A stretch of 41,229 bases of DNA, taken from contig CM119263.1 of NCBI GenBank assembly GCA_051294375.1, positions 8,091,719 to 8,132,947 of the forward strand. Direction: 5' to 3'. Within the stretch, counting starts at the first letter, position 1. Every line of letters starts with the position of its first letter. The stretch is from Paraspadella gotoi. Its lineage: Eukaryota; Animalia; Chaetognatha. A model generated the notes under the pieces. It saw only the letters and a list, made by a program, of their open reading frames with translations, made no database searches and was not told the DNA's origin. Positions 1 through 12,015 of the stretch are shown here, piece after piece. The position numbers were made by a program, and so were the translations under genes.

Positions 1-1005
1 GGGGGTCGGTGGGTAGACTACCAAGGGGAAAAGTCCATTAGCTGGGCTACGAGTTGAAGCAGCGATAAAGGCCCCCACTTGTCCATGAAAAATGCCATTA
101 GGCGATAAAAATGGGTCGAAAACGTTAAAAAATGTGGCCAAATTGTGGCCGTTCGTCTGGGAAGGAGGCGAGACCGCGGTCGCCGATTCCTACTTACGAT
201 GGCTAAAAAAACGAAAGAAATATCTTCTCTCGCTTTCTTAACATTGGACTATCATCACTGTATCGCTAATCGAGCTCCATGTTTTTGAATCTTGATGAGA
301 CGTTAAAATGAGTGACAAAGAAATGACCTATTAACCTACTATTCTGATGGTTGTTAAGTAACTAATTTAAGAGCAAGGAGTACAATATAGTATTGCTCAA
401 ACTAATTATACATTTTTTTATCTTTCATTGATAAGCAAGCCAGTCTTGATTGAAAGCTTGCAAGGTATTGGTTGCACCAATTTGTCAATTTAAATTTTAA
501 TACGTGAAATCTTGATTTGGACGAATAACGAGACTAATAATAAAAAAAACAAAAAAAAAAAACACAAAAAAAAAACGTTTGAACGGTTTAACACCGTTTT
601 CTTTATATTTTTTTCCTCGTTTGTTTATATAACAAATCGAATTGTTTTTTTTAATATCCTCGTCGACTTAACTATAATAAAACAAACAAGCTTTAAACCT
701 TTCGATCGTCACCATTTTAAAATCAATAAGAAATTATAATAATTATAATAATAATAATTATAATAATATTAATAAATAACCATACAATTATCATTAAATA
801 AACAACCTGAGAAAGTTTTTATCCAGTAAAAGAAAAAAGGAATTAAAGTTTCAGTCTTGATGAAGCAAGAATGGGCTTAGTCCCGAGTTCAAACTACTCA
901 TTGGACTAAACGAGAAAAGAAACGTTGATTAGTTGATTTGAATTTGGATTTGGATCCAAGATGGATTTTGGGATGTTTTTAAATTTCAATGTGAATTTTC
1001 CTATA

Positions 1006-1115
1006 TAAGATGACGGTGACAATTATTATCTGTGTAAATATATGTAAATAAATACTAGTTCTTTTTTTATAAAATATGAGATAATAATCAGATAATAATT
1101 GTCACCGTCATCTTA
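1006..1115. mobile_element. Small MITE-like element
   Basis: Perfect 27-bp inverted repeats TAAGATGACGGTGACAATTATTATCTG (1006-1032) and its reverse complement (1089-1115) flank a 56-bp AT-rich spacer. The terminal TA could be a Tc1/mariner-type target duplication. Confidence 0.6.
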
Positions 1116-1760
1116 CACAAAGGTTACCGAATTTCTCAAGATTTACGAAGCGTTTTCACCTCAGAAAAACTTTTAAAAGCTTTGATCTACGTTCTCATCT
1201 TCACTCAGAACAATGTTTTTTTTTTTTAAATCTACGACTTGCGATGATGGCGAACAACAAAGATAATAAATCAAATCTCTTGAAAAAAAAAAGGGCGGGG
1301 TTAATTCGGAACGGAGAGATATATCGTGAAGGAGCGACGTCGAAAATTAATATGTGAACGAAGAATTCGAACACTAATCTCGAATTAATGACGTCGTACA
1401 GAAACAAACGGCGGAATTCGTCGTTAAATTAATTAACAGGGAACATAAATCAGGCGAAGCGCCTCATCAACGTTTTTCTTCAAATATTCGTAATGATTTT
1501 AAATCGGTGTTCGTATCATCGAAGGGACATTAAATCAAAGGGAAATGAACGCATCACCTCGATTGTCGATTCGAGCCCAGAGAATTTCGGAGAATTCTCA
1601 CGAGTTTACGAGTCGCGACTACGATTACTACTTTGTCTTTTGGGATGGTTGTGTTCGAACGTGAACGATTAATCATACTTATATGATATGTTTTAATTAC
1701 TCTATTATAAGGGATAGGGAAGCCAGGTACTCTGGGAGTGAATAAACGAGACTGTGATAG

Positions 1761-1897
1761 AGTCTTGATTGAAAGAATGCAGGGACCTGCTATGTCATTA
1801 TCTTGTAAGAGTGATGGAGGTCTTAAACCACCAAAGCCTGTCCATAGCTTTGTTATTAAATGAATGGATAATTTTTATATTGGTTGTACCAATTTTA
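1761..1897 (+). repeat. Dispersed repeat ending in hairpin ATTGGTTGTACCAAT (longest copy)
   Basis: The hairpin recurs at 467-481 (+), 19056-19070 (-) and 25642-25656 (-). About 1845-1895 matches the reverse complement of about 25641-25692. AGTCTTGATTGAAAG is shared by 442 and 1761. Confidence 0.65.
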
Positions 1898-2516
1898 TAA
1901 AATAGTAAGATCAGGGAAACATTTAAAAAAATCGTAGCAATAACGATTCACTATCTAATCTGAAAAAATTTTAAAAAACTTGCGCTGATATAATTATTCT
2001 GTCTATGTAAGAAAACTATTTAGTGTGGTGAAATGCAATTTTTGCATGATAACCTCAGTTTCAAGGGCAAATAGTAGAGCAAATCGGTTCGTATACGTTA
2101 ATTTCTACATTGAAACGTATCTAAAACTTACATACAAGCCGAAATAAAATTATAAATCTTTGTTTTATAACGAATAAAATTTCAACTCTGGATAACTTTT
2201 CAAAAACTCAGTTCATTGTCCTTGTTGGAGGAGGAAGAATAATACTGCGCGGTGGGGATTGTTTGTTTTCATCCCTCATTGCTTCCTCATAACGATTCTA
2301 TGCGATTGTCCTTGGGATGTGGAGAGACGAGGTCCTTACATCATCATTAAAAATGACTCGCTCTCTATTTTTCTCTCTTCTCTTTCTATTTTTTTTTCTC
2401 TTTAAATGGTTCTGTTTAATTTTAATGTCTTCATATGTGTATTGATTATGAATTTTAAGTACTTAAATGGCGAAAAAAAGATGATGTATAAGAATGTCTA
2501 GAAGATTAATGTATAA

Positions 2517-2556
<40 letters not shown>

Positions 2557-2870
2557 CCTTATCCCCTCATCTCTCTTCCTCTCTCTTCTCTCTCTCTTAA
2601 TAAATGGGACAACGATGCTTAAAAATTGAATGAGTTTCTCAGCGCCAGGGAACATTTGCATAATTTACCACTGGCTTTCGAGGCATAAAAATTGTGATTA
2701 GTCGATCAGGATTAACGGTTTTAATTCAGCTAAGTGTGGAAAACGAAAGGTCAGGCCTTCGGTAAATCACTTCATTTGTTAAATTTTTAATTTAAATTAA
2801 AAAAAAAATTTTTTTAGGGAGTTCGAAAAACGAAAGTTTTTATTAGTTTTACAACGATTTTTATTAAACA

Positions 2871-2930
2871 TTCAGTAACGGACATGTTTCGACTTTTACA
2901 TTTCGAGTCTTCATCAGTTTTTCAGAACTT
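2871..2930 (-). ncRNA. Minimal type I hammerhead ribozyme motif (Penelope-like retroelement type), helix I degenerate
   Basis: The minus strand reads CUGAUGA-A-GACU(cgaaauguaaa)AGUC-GAAA-CAUG-UC. That is the full catalytic core, a 4-bp helix II, a minimal helix III with palindromic CAUG loop, and a GUC cleavage triplet ending at + position 2881. AATAAA motifs follow on the same strand. Confidence 0.7.
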
Positions 2931-3039
2931 CGCTATTAAATAAAACAATGAAAAAGAGAAAATTACACAATGTGTGAAATTTTTTTTAATTTAGAAATTT
3001 AGGATTTCGAAATTTAAGCAAGAACGATTTTAAGTTTAA

Positions 3040-3315
3040 GGAACTAAGATTGCCGCAACGCTCTCTCCGAGACAAGTCACTACACTGCCCGCCACGACCT
3101 CTGACCTCTAAGCCCGGACTTCCATTCTTCACTGCTGCAGCTATTACGGCCTTGAACGACACCAGCGCCTCCACAAAGTCGACCGACGCGCGGCCGCTGT
3201 CGCAACGGAAGGAGCTGCTGCGGAAACCGTCGCACATTCTCACTTCCCCGATTGCAACATCGAACGCAAGCAAAGTATGCCTTTGCCGAGGCCACGTGAC
3301 AACCTGGCTACTATG
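3040..3315 (-). mobile_element. Possible decayed non-LTR retrotransposon 3' fragment
   Basis: Isolated GC-rich block. With frameshifts, the minus strand gives SQVVT-GLGK-AYFA-FD...MCDG, loosely like the TGHGxFxAYLxRF-CxC C-terminal motif of R1/LOA/I-type ORF2. Weak similarity judged by eye. Confidence 0.3.
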
Positions 3316-4028
3316 GTTATGGTTTATTGATTGGTTGATTGATCATTTAATCCGTCCCTATTCAAGTTGGAACGAGCACAATGCCGATTTACAGATTCGT
3401 CAAGGACGGATATTTTCATATATGTGTATATAGGTAAAAGCTTTATTGGTTTAAGACAATGATCAGAAAATGACTAAAATGTTGAAGATTTTCTATTTAA
3501 TTGACTGACCATGACCATGACCCACTTTAATAGAACGTAATTTAAATATTAAGTTTTTAACACCAACTGATCCAAAATCACTGACAACAGCCGGTAGAAT
3601 TTGATTGACACCACTACCAGTAAAAATGTCAAGTAAAGAATGAGAATTTAAATATCCTATGCAGTTTCGTGCCTTATTAGTACGACGAAGGAAAAAAAGA
3701 AAGCTCTATGAAAAAACTAAAAAACACAGCATTTCGCGAAGGGTGACCTATAAATTTTTTATGTATGTAATCGATCTTACAATATGCAACAAACGGGTAA
3801 CCAAGAATGGTAATACCAAATTAACTAAAGGTCAAAAGGGAAAACAGTGACATGAATTTATGAGAAGCTTAATCAGTAAAAATTCCAATTACAAATAAAC
3901 CAAATTCAAATTTTAATTATAACTATAAGTTTATATTAAAGAACCTAGAAATAAATTATTCATGATAAAATGTAGCACATGCTCATCACATGTACGAAAT
4001 TGACAATTTAAGAATTTATTATTCGATA

Positions 4029-4194
4029 GGGCGTGGTTATCCAATCCGAAGGTTTCCTGCTATATCTAGTCGTCCGCAATTGGATCTATAATAAAGTCAA
4101 CGCTTCGTATTCTCAATACAACACCGACAACGGACCAATAGGAATCGTTCTTTCGGAAAACCAGCTGTTCGACGAGAAGGAGAGCGGCTCAGTC
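4029..4194 (+). promoter_or_regulatory. Putative core promoter of the Mxi1-like gene
   Basis: GC-box GGGCGTGG (4029-4036), CCAAT at 4041 and 4135, reverse CCAAT (ATTGG) at 4079, and an arthropod-type initiator TCAGTC (4189-4194). It lies ~680 nt upstream of the ATG in a locally CpG-rich segment. Motif evidence only. Confidence 0.5.
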
Positions 4195-4867
4195 TCTCAG
4201 CGCAACCACTTTACTCATCGCTAGTTATTTCCTTCTCGTCCTTTCCCCGGATGACGCCATTCCGTAAAAAGTAAAAAAATGACGGCGCAAATGGAAATGA
4301 GTCGCTGTCGGATTTTGCAAAAACTGTTCTCTGCTGCTCTCTCGGAGCCCCGAACGACGTTCTCTCGTCGACTTAGCTCGTCATCCCCGCGAGAGCCAAA
4401 AAAGCAGTAGGGAAAGAAATTTAGCATCTTTACCCACACACACACCCCAAAATATACATACTTAGTCGATAATTAAAATAAAAATATAAAAATTGAAATC
4501 TTGCTGTCTCAACGTCGAACCGAAACTACAAATAAGATTTTATATTTTCCCACGGTGGGAAAAACGAAAATAACGATAAAGGTTGGTCTTGTAGTGCTGC
4601 TTTAGCCCCCCCGTCCACGACTTACTAGTCTATACTCTAGCTAAATCGCTCATCTTCTATCTCGCTCTCTAGTCTCTCGCCCACCAAAAAAAAAAATAAA
4701 ATAAAAAAATTTAAAAAAAATAAATAATTAAAAAGGAAAGACGGCATCAGCAACACCGATTTTTTTTTTATGTGCAAAGAAATTTAATTCTCACTACGAT
4801 TTTTTTTTTCTCATCGAACGACCACCGATTTTCGAGCGCATTTTCATATTAGTGAAAAATTATCAAG

Positions 4868-4928
4868 ATGAATATGGGAATCGCCACTCTATTGAAAGCG
4901 GCCGAATATATAGAGCGTCGGGATCGAG
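4868..4928 (+). CDS. Mxi1: Mad/Mxi1 (MXD family) repressor, coding exon 1 (Sin3-interaction domain)
   Basis: ATG at 4868 encodes MNMGIATLLKAAEYIERRDR, matching the Mad/Mxi1 SID (vertebrate IQMLLEAADYLERRER / VQRLLEAAEFLERRER). The exon ends at a consensus donor G|GTGAGT (intron starts 4929, phase 1). The symbol is family-level; exact orthology is untested. Confidence 0.93.
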
Positions 4929-5232
4929 GTGAGTTCGCCGATCCGCGGGGTCAGTCGGTGAGCAATATTGATAATAATAAAGGTCAGATGAAATCGTTTA
5001 TGATAAAATATTATGTCAAAAAACTAAAGAAAAAAAATTTCTTCTTTTTTCCATAATTTTAATATTAATTTTTTTATGTCCTTTTTCTTTTTCTAATATT
5101 TTTTTTTTCATTGATTCGTTTTTGTCTTTCGAATTTTTTTTATATTCTTGTTTCCTTTTTCCCAGCGATCTTCAGCACTTGATAACCCAGGAACTAGAAC
5201 TAACTCACGAAACAGAAGAGAGAGAAGGAGGA

Positions 5233-5267
<35 letters not shown>

Positions 5268-6497
5268 CAAACACTTTCTTTTAATGTATCTGACCTTGAC
5301 TAGCGATGAAAGCTAAACGTGGGATAAAAACGAGGTTTTAAGATAAACATTAAAAAAAAGACTACATTTTTTTTCTGCTGCTGAGTTTTGAATTTTAAGT
5401 TTTGACCCGTGTTTTTTCTTTTTGGATTCGTTCAGGTCCCATCGTGAGTAACCTCTTTAATATAAAGGTACGAACGAACTATCAAGCAAGAAAATCAAGC
5501 AAGCCTAATAACAACTTTTTAAAAGTCTTGATTAAAAATCCAAGTGATTTTAAGTGGGTTAATAAATACTAGTTTGCTAGCAAAGAAAGCAAAATTATTT
5601 TAATTAATTGAAGTGGAAAAATGAGGAACACGCGATTCTATTAACTAAGCCGTCGTAAATTTTCGTCGCCAAATTCGGACACGAAACGACAAAAAAAAAA
5701 AAAAACTTATAGAACCCGACAAAAATGACGAATTGTCATATTTGACGCCCCGAGAGTTTGAGCTCAGATTCTTTCGCCTCTTGATTAATATTCTTTACTC
5801 ACGATGGCGGGATAATTTGTTTATTTATTTTTAATAATGTTGGCCGTCAATATATTTTTGATAGTATTTTTTAGATATTTGCTTTCAAACTGCTTTTTTT
5901 TAGCGTTTTTATCCAATTTTTATTGGTAAATATTTATAGGACTTTAACCTCCTTTGAAGCTTATTAATTTTCGCTCTTTTTTTTTCATAACATTTGTTAC
6001 AGACTTATCTGTCACAAGACCTACTATTGAATGTTTTTTGTTTGTTTGCTGCAGAAGCAATTCTGTAAAATAGGTTAATAAAGGCATCGTTTTCGTCCTC
6101 TCGCTCTGACAAACATTCTCTGACACGTTCTCGCTAACCGATTTGGAGAGAAACACTCTCAGAGAGAGACAGACAGAGAGAAACAGAGAAAGAGAGAAAG
6201 AGAGAGAGAGAGTTTGCTCGTGCATGAGGTTTTCATGATTATAAGTCGAATTGCATCAATTCAGCAGAGAAAAAAATATTTTCATGCGGCTGCGCGATTC
6301 AAACTGATTCCTGAATAAGTAAAACTTTCCTTTTCATTAACAGTTTATATTAAAAATAGCTTTTTTCGCTAGAAAAGTAAAATTAACGAAGAGGGACTAA
6401 ATATAAAGGAAAACTATTTTCAACTGCAAAAAAAGTTGCAGCCTTCAGCGTCAACGAGAGAGTATATGGAAATTGCTTTAGAACCTTGGAATTTAGG

Positions 6498-6541
<44 letters not shown>

Positions 6542-9098
6542 GGCGAGAGAGAGATATTCAAGTTAACTAAGAAAACATTTTATTAAACTGAACGAAATTT
6601 TTATAATCGATTAAATTAATTTTGCTTATATAAAAATTACCAGATTAAAGTAATTTTTGTAATAAATTAATGAAATTCAGAAAATCCTTTTGAGGCTGAC
6701 GGAACGTTTGGATTAAATCCAAACAAGCCAGTTTGGGCAAGATAGGACTTCCACGGGCAAAAGCGGGCGAATTTCCACTGTTGATAACTGGATAAGTGGG
6801 GAACCCGCTCATCGCCGCTTGGTCGATTGCGTACGAATTTTGAACAGACAAACTTCGGTTTTGAATGAAATCGATTACCAACGAGCGATTGGAACTTGAA
6901 TTTTGAATAACGATTAATTTTTCTCGATGCAATGAACTTGTTTAAAAAGCTGGAGAAGTAATTGCCGGCAAGCGGGAAGGTGATCGGAATTAATGGGGCT
7001 TTGGGAAAAGTGGAAATCATGGAGAGGGTGCGAGATGGAGAGAGAGAGAGAGAGAGAGACGATGAGAGAGAGAGAGAGAGAGCCTCAAAGCGATGACCGA
7101 CCCGAACGTGAAAAGTGAATAATGACCCCATCGCTTTTTTTCTGTTTTTATCTTTCTTTTTTCCTCTTCGTTTAAAAGTCAAGTTTAAAAGTCATTGCCG
7201 GAGCTGATGCTGAGAGAGAGAGAGAGGAGAGAGAGAAGAGAGAAAAGACAGAGAGAGAGAGAGAGAGAGAGAGAGCTAAAAAATCTTTTTTTAAATTGCT
7301 CGCCCTTGTTTGTTTGCAAATGGTTATCTGGGATCCTCTACTCAGCAGTTGCGGTCTTTCTTTTGACGAGTATAGAAAAAAAAAAGACACAAGCCGAGCT
7401 CAAATAAAAAGTTCGTAACAAAGCATGAGTTGATTAAGGCTACAGAATTAGAGTGCATTGACATTAGACCCGGTATGCTCCTGGTAGCATGTTCTTTGAT
7501 CGTTTGTTCGGGAGACCCGAAGGTCGGGCGTAGATAAAAAAAATTTTTAACAAGACTGATAGTTTTTCGTCTTTTTTTTTTTAAGAATAGGAAAGAATAG
7601 TCATGAATTGCTCTTAGTCGAAATAGCTAAGTTGTATGCTGTTGTGTGAATATGACATCGACGACCGCAACAACGACGACGACAACCAAAAACCTAAACA
7701 ACAAAAATGAAGAGTCGAAGCTCACGAAACTTTTGCTGTTTGGTTCCCTTTCATAATTTTATCGGATTAATTTAAATTCCATTTAAAATTGAATTTAATG
7801 AGTTTTATTTTTGTAAATTGATTCCGTTGATTACCTCGACTAATTAGCATCTCTTTTATGTCGCCGCTGAGAAGTTAATTTTTTTTTTTGCCATCTCACT
7901 TTCTCATTCCTGTCAAAATTCCTATTTTTTAACTAAAATTTTCCGTGCTCTAAAATCATATATTTCTGCGGACTTATCATGCTTACCCTGCTTTCGGGTT
8001 GTAATTCCATGCCTTTCCTGGCATCGGATTAGGAGAGAAATCAGAGAGAGAAAGAGAAAATTGGGACAAGAAGGAACGAAAACTGGAGAATATAAATTTG
8101 AAACCCTTTTAGTTTAGGCCGACTTAAAATAGAGTAAAGATATAAGAAGAGGGAGAGAGAGAGAAAGAGAGAGCCTTTTGTAAAAATTTGGTCGAACTGA
8201 GATTCCATCCAGAGCAGCATAGAAGCCGATGTTAGAGAAAAGAGCTCATATGCATAGCGTTTCATCCCTGGGATCGCGAGTAGCGAGGGAACGAGCGGGG
8301 TGGAGGGAAAAGGGGGAGCGGGAGAAGATGAGACCGTTGTGAGGTAGGAAGAAAAGGAAAAAAGGGGCAGAGAAGGAGTAGGTTGGAAAATAACGGTCGG
8401 GAATGGGGCGAACCGGTAGGCCGAGGAGCAAGGAGGAAAAACGAGCTCATGAGCGTAACTTTTTTTTCCCCCTTCCTCCCCCTCTTCTTCCCCCCCCCCG
8501 CCTCCGAGTTCAGTGGAGTGAGGAGGAGGAAGAAGGGGGGGGAGAACCTTCCCTGGAAGAGGAAGAGGATGATGTGAATAACGATAAAGGAGGAGGAGGA
8601 AGGGAGGAAGAAAAGGAGAGGGAAAAAAAAAAGCGAGGAATCATGGAAGGAAAGAGAACTTATAAGCATAATGTTTTATTCGGGAGGCGTAGGGAGATCC
8701 GAGGTAGGAGTATAGGAAAGAAACGGTTAACGAGAATGAGAAAGAAAAGGAACTGACGTGAGGGATATAAAGAAAGAAAAAAAGGGAAAAAAATGGAAAG
8801 GAAATAGATGAAGATGGATAAAAGAAGATAAAAAAAAGGACTTGGGAGAACTTTTGTGCTTATTGTTTTTTGTTCTGTTTTTTTTTCCCTTTTTTTTTAT
8901 TTGCGGTTTTTTCGTTTTTTTTTGTTTCTCTTCTTTAGCCTCTCTGCGGAAGGAGAATATTTGAGCTCTCGATCTCACAGGTGCATTTTTCTTTTTTGAA
9001 TCCTTTTTTTTATCGTTATTTCCGTTCTTCCTTTTTCTTTTTTTCTAAGCAATAACACCGGGTGCTACCCGATAAGCGATAATTTTGAGGAGATTTTT

Positions 9099-9160
<62 letters not shown>

Positions 9161-9304
9161 TTATCTCCTACAAACTGAGAAACGGAAAACTGACCTCGTT
9201 ACAGTAAACGCCAACTTCTATGACTGGTTTTATTAAATAAAAATCATGGAAAGATACATTCTCTAATTTTAAATTTTTAGTGAGTTAGAGAGAGAGAGAA
9301 AGAA

Positions 9305-9337
<33 letters not shown>

Positions 9338-9572
9338 TATATATTTTGTTCTTGAAAGAAAAACCTCATAAAAATTGGAAAAAAAATTGTTAAAAGGATT
9401 GATGATAGAGGCAAACGGGAATTAACTTCCACTTTGTTGCAGCGACGAATTTCATCGAATGTAAATGGATTTTTCTGGTTTTCAAAATTATTAACTACGT
9501 TCGCTTAGTTTTAACTTTTGGTTTTTTAAAATTTTTATATTGTTTATAATATTTATTTTATTTATTTTGTTT

Positions 9573-9616
9573 AAATTTATTGGTCATGAACTGAAACAAC
9601 GGAGCGAAAAAACAAC

Positions 9617-9652
<36 letters not shown>

Positions 9653-9758
9653 ACGAAAGAACGAGAGAACGAAAGAAAAAAAGAGTGAAAAAATATCAGG
9701 TGTTGAAAATTTATTGGTGATGAACTGAAACAACGGAGCGAAAGAACGAAAAGAAATA

Positions 9759-9826
<68 letters not shown>

Positions 9827-9851
9827 AATGAAAAAATATCAGGTGTGGAAA
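9573..9851. repeat. Tandem duplication of a ~134-bp unit containing a variable (GAAA)n array
   Basis: AAATTTATTGGT.ATGAACTGAAACAACGGAGCGAAA...TGAAAAAATATCAGGTGT starts at 9573 and again at 9707. Confidence 0.85.
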
Positions 9852-11982
9852 GTCATATTGAAGAGTTTAAAGGGACAAACGTTAGTAATTGTCTTTTTTC
9901 GGGTTTATTGTTGTTTTGCCTGCAGGAATCTCAAAATGAATTATCGATCTTTTTGACTCTGGAGAAANNNNNNNNNNNNNNNNNNNNNNNNNNNNNNNNN
10001 NNNNNNNNNNNNNNNNNNNNNNNNNNNNNNNNNNNNNNNNNNNNNNNNNNNNNNNNNNNNNNNNNNNNNNNNNNNNNNNNNNNNNNNNNNNNNNNNNNNN
10101 NNNNNNNNNNNNNNNNNNNNNNNNNNNNNNNNNAGAGAGAAAGAGAAAGAGAGAGAGATGAAAGAAAGAGAAAGAGAGATAGAAATTTAAATAAGACTTC
10201 AAAGTTTGAAATTTAGGTCAAGTTGCGCAAAAAAATATTGGATGGATTGTTTAAATTAGAAAAGAAAATACAATCGATCGTTTATCAAACTCAGATCGTC
10301 ATCACTTTTGCCACAGACGAAATCTTTTGTTTACAAATCTATATATTTAAAAAAGTATCATGACTGATATGAATACTTAATATATAATACATGTATTAAA
10401 TACATATATAAATTTTTAATGATTGAGAAAAATTAAGTTCAATGGGTAAAAAGCGATTCTGTTAATGTGTAAAATAATCGTTAAAAAAGTACTGTACAAA
10501 CTGTCTAATCGCTAGTTGAGAAAAAAAAGAACATGATTTATTGAACTACTTCTCAATAGTATTCTCAATTCTCAATACTTTGTCACGATGAGTCGAATCT
10601 TGTTTTTAAGCTCCCACGTCGACCACCTTCCCACCGAAGAGCTTTACCCAATCAGCTTTTTAAAAACGAGAGTATTGGGGTGCCAGGGGGTGGCGGGGGT
10701 TTTGGGGGGGTCCAGGGGGCGGGGTGTGACGAAAAAGTAGTAGCGATTCGCGAGCGCCCCCTTGACGAAGACGTGGAAAACGACGTGGGTCACAATTAGT
10801 CTTTGTTTTTCCCCTCCAGTTTCGGCTTTGTTTTACATAATGGCGCCATTTTTAGTGATTTGTTGTTTTGTTTTGCCGTTTCTCTCCGCCGCCGACCTCG
10901 TCGTCGAAAATGGGAAAAAAACACTCGTCATTTCTCGGGGAAATGGTTCCACTTTTTTTTTCGCCTTTAACCAAATTTGCTCGTCAATCTTGAGCGAAAA
11001 AAGTTTCGCTTTTGGTTTCGTCGAAACTGGTGTTAATGGGATTGAAATCTGTGGAGACTAAAAAAAAAAAAAATCGTCTGCTCAAATATTATATCCCGCT
11101 TCTCTATTTTTCTTTAAAAATAATAATAGTTTTTGTTTACATTCGAAGAAAAGACGAATCGCGTCCCTAACTCGTTCATCGTATCTCAAGAGCGGGGGAG
11201 GGCGGGAGGTAGGGAAGGCTGGAGGCTCTCTTCGCATAATTTTAAAAGCCTAATGTAATCCTTGGCCATTTTTTTTATGGCACGAAAAAATCGACCGTTC
11301 AGAGTCTGCGAGTAGAAATATGATTAAATCAAGGCAATATTCTCAAAAGGTGTGCCGACCACGCGCGGCACACACCACAACAAAAACCAGTTTTATTTAA
11401 ATTCATTCATTGGATTAAGGAATTGAATATGACGCAAAATGGGAATTACAAAATGTCAACGTCTGATGTATTGCAGTTGGATGTGTGCAAGGTTTTGTTA
11501 GAATGATCAATTAATGTACAAGATCTTAGAAGTTTGAAGTATCATTTATTATTTACTGTTGTCCTAGGGGCGATCGATAGATAACAACTAAAAATTCTAA
11601 GTCAGGCATTCTCATTGCGAAACTTTGAAATTAAGCGTGAATGTGAGGTAAAGGAATCGTATTGCTCATGGGACCTAAGCATTATCCTGAAGGTAAAATC
11701 TCAAGACAATTCTCAGGTTTCAATTTTAAGGCCCAGTCAGATCTTAAGGGCGATACTATAGTTGAGCCTTAGGTCGATTCTAAGGCAATCCTAAGGGCAA
11801 TCCAAAGGGCCTTCCTTAAGGGGATCCCCAACTATGCAATCACGAATTGAAAAAAAGTGAGAACGGCGCCGAAGAAAAATTTTCTTCGCGAAGAAAACCG
11901 ATAAATTTCTCCAAGTTCTTCCACGCCTTCAACAAGAGAGAGGTCAAACAAAAACCCTCTCTCTCTCTCCTTCTCTCTCTTC

Positions 11983-12015
<33 letters not shown>

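Noticed and set aside
4929-5056. Continuation of ORF 4868-5056 beyond RDR
   Set aside because: It reads through the GTGAGT donor into intron 1, and family similarity stops at the splice site.
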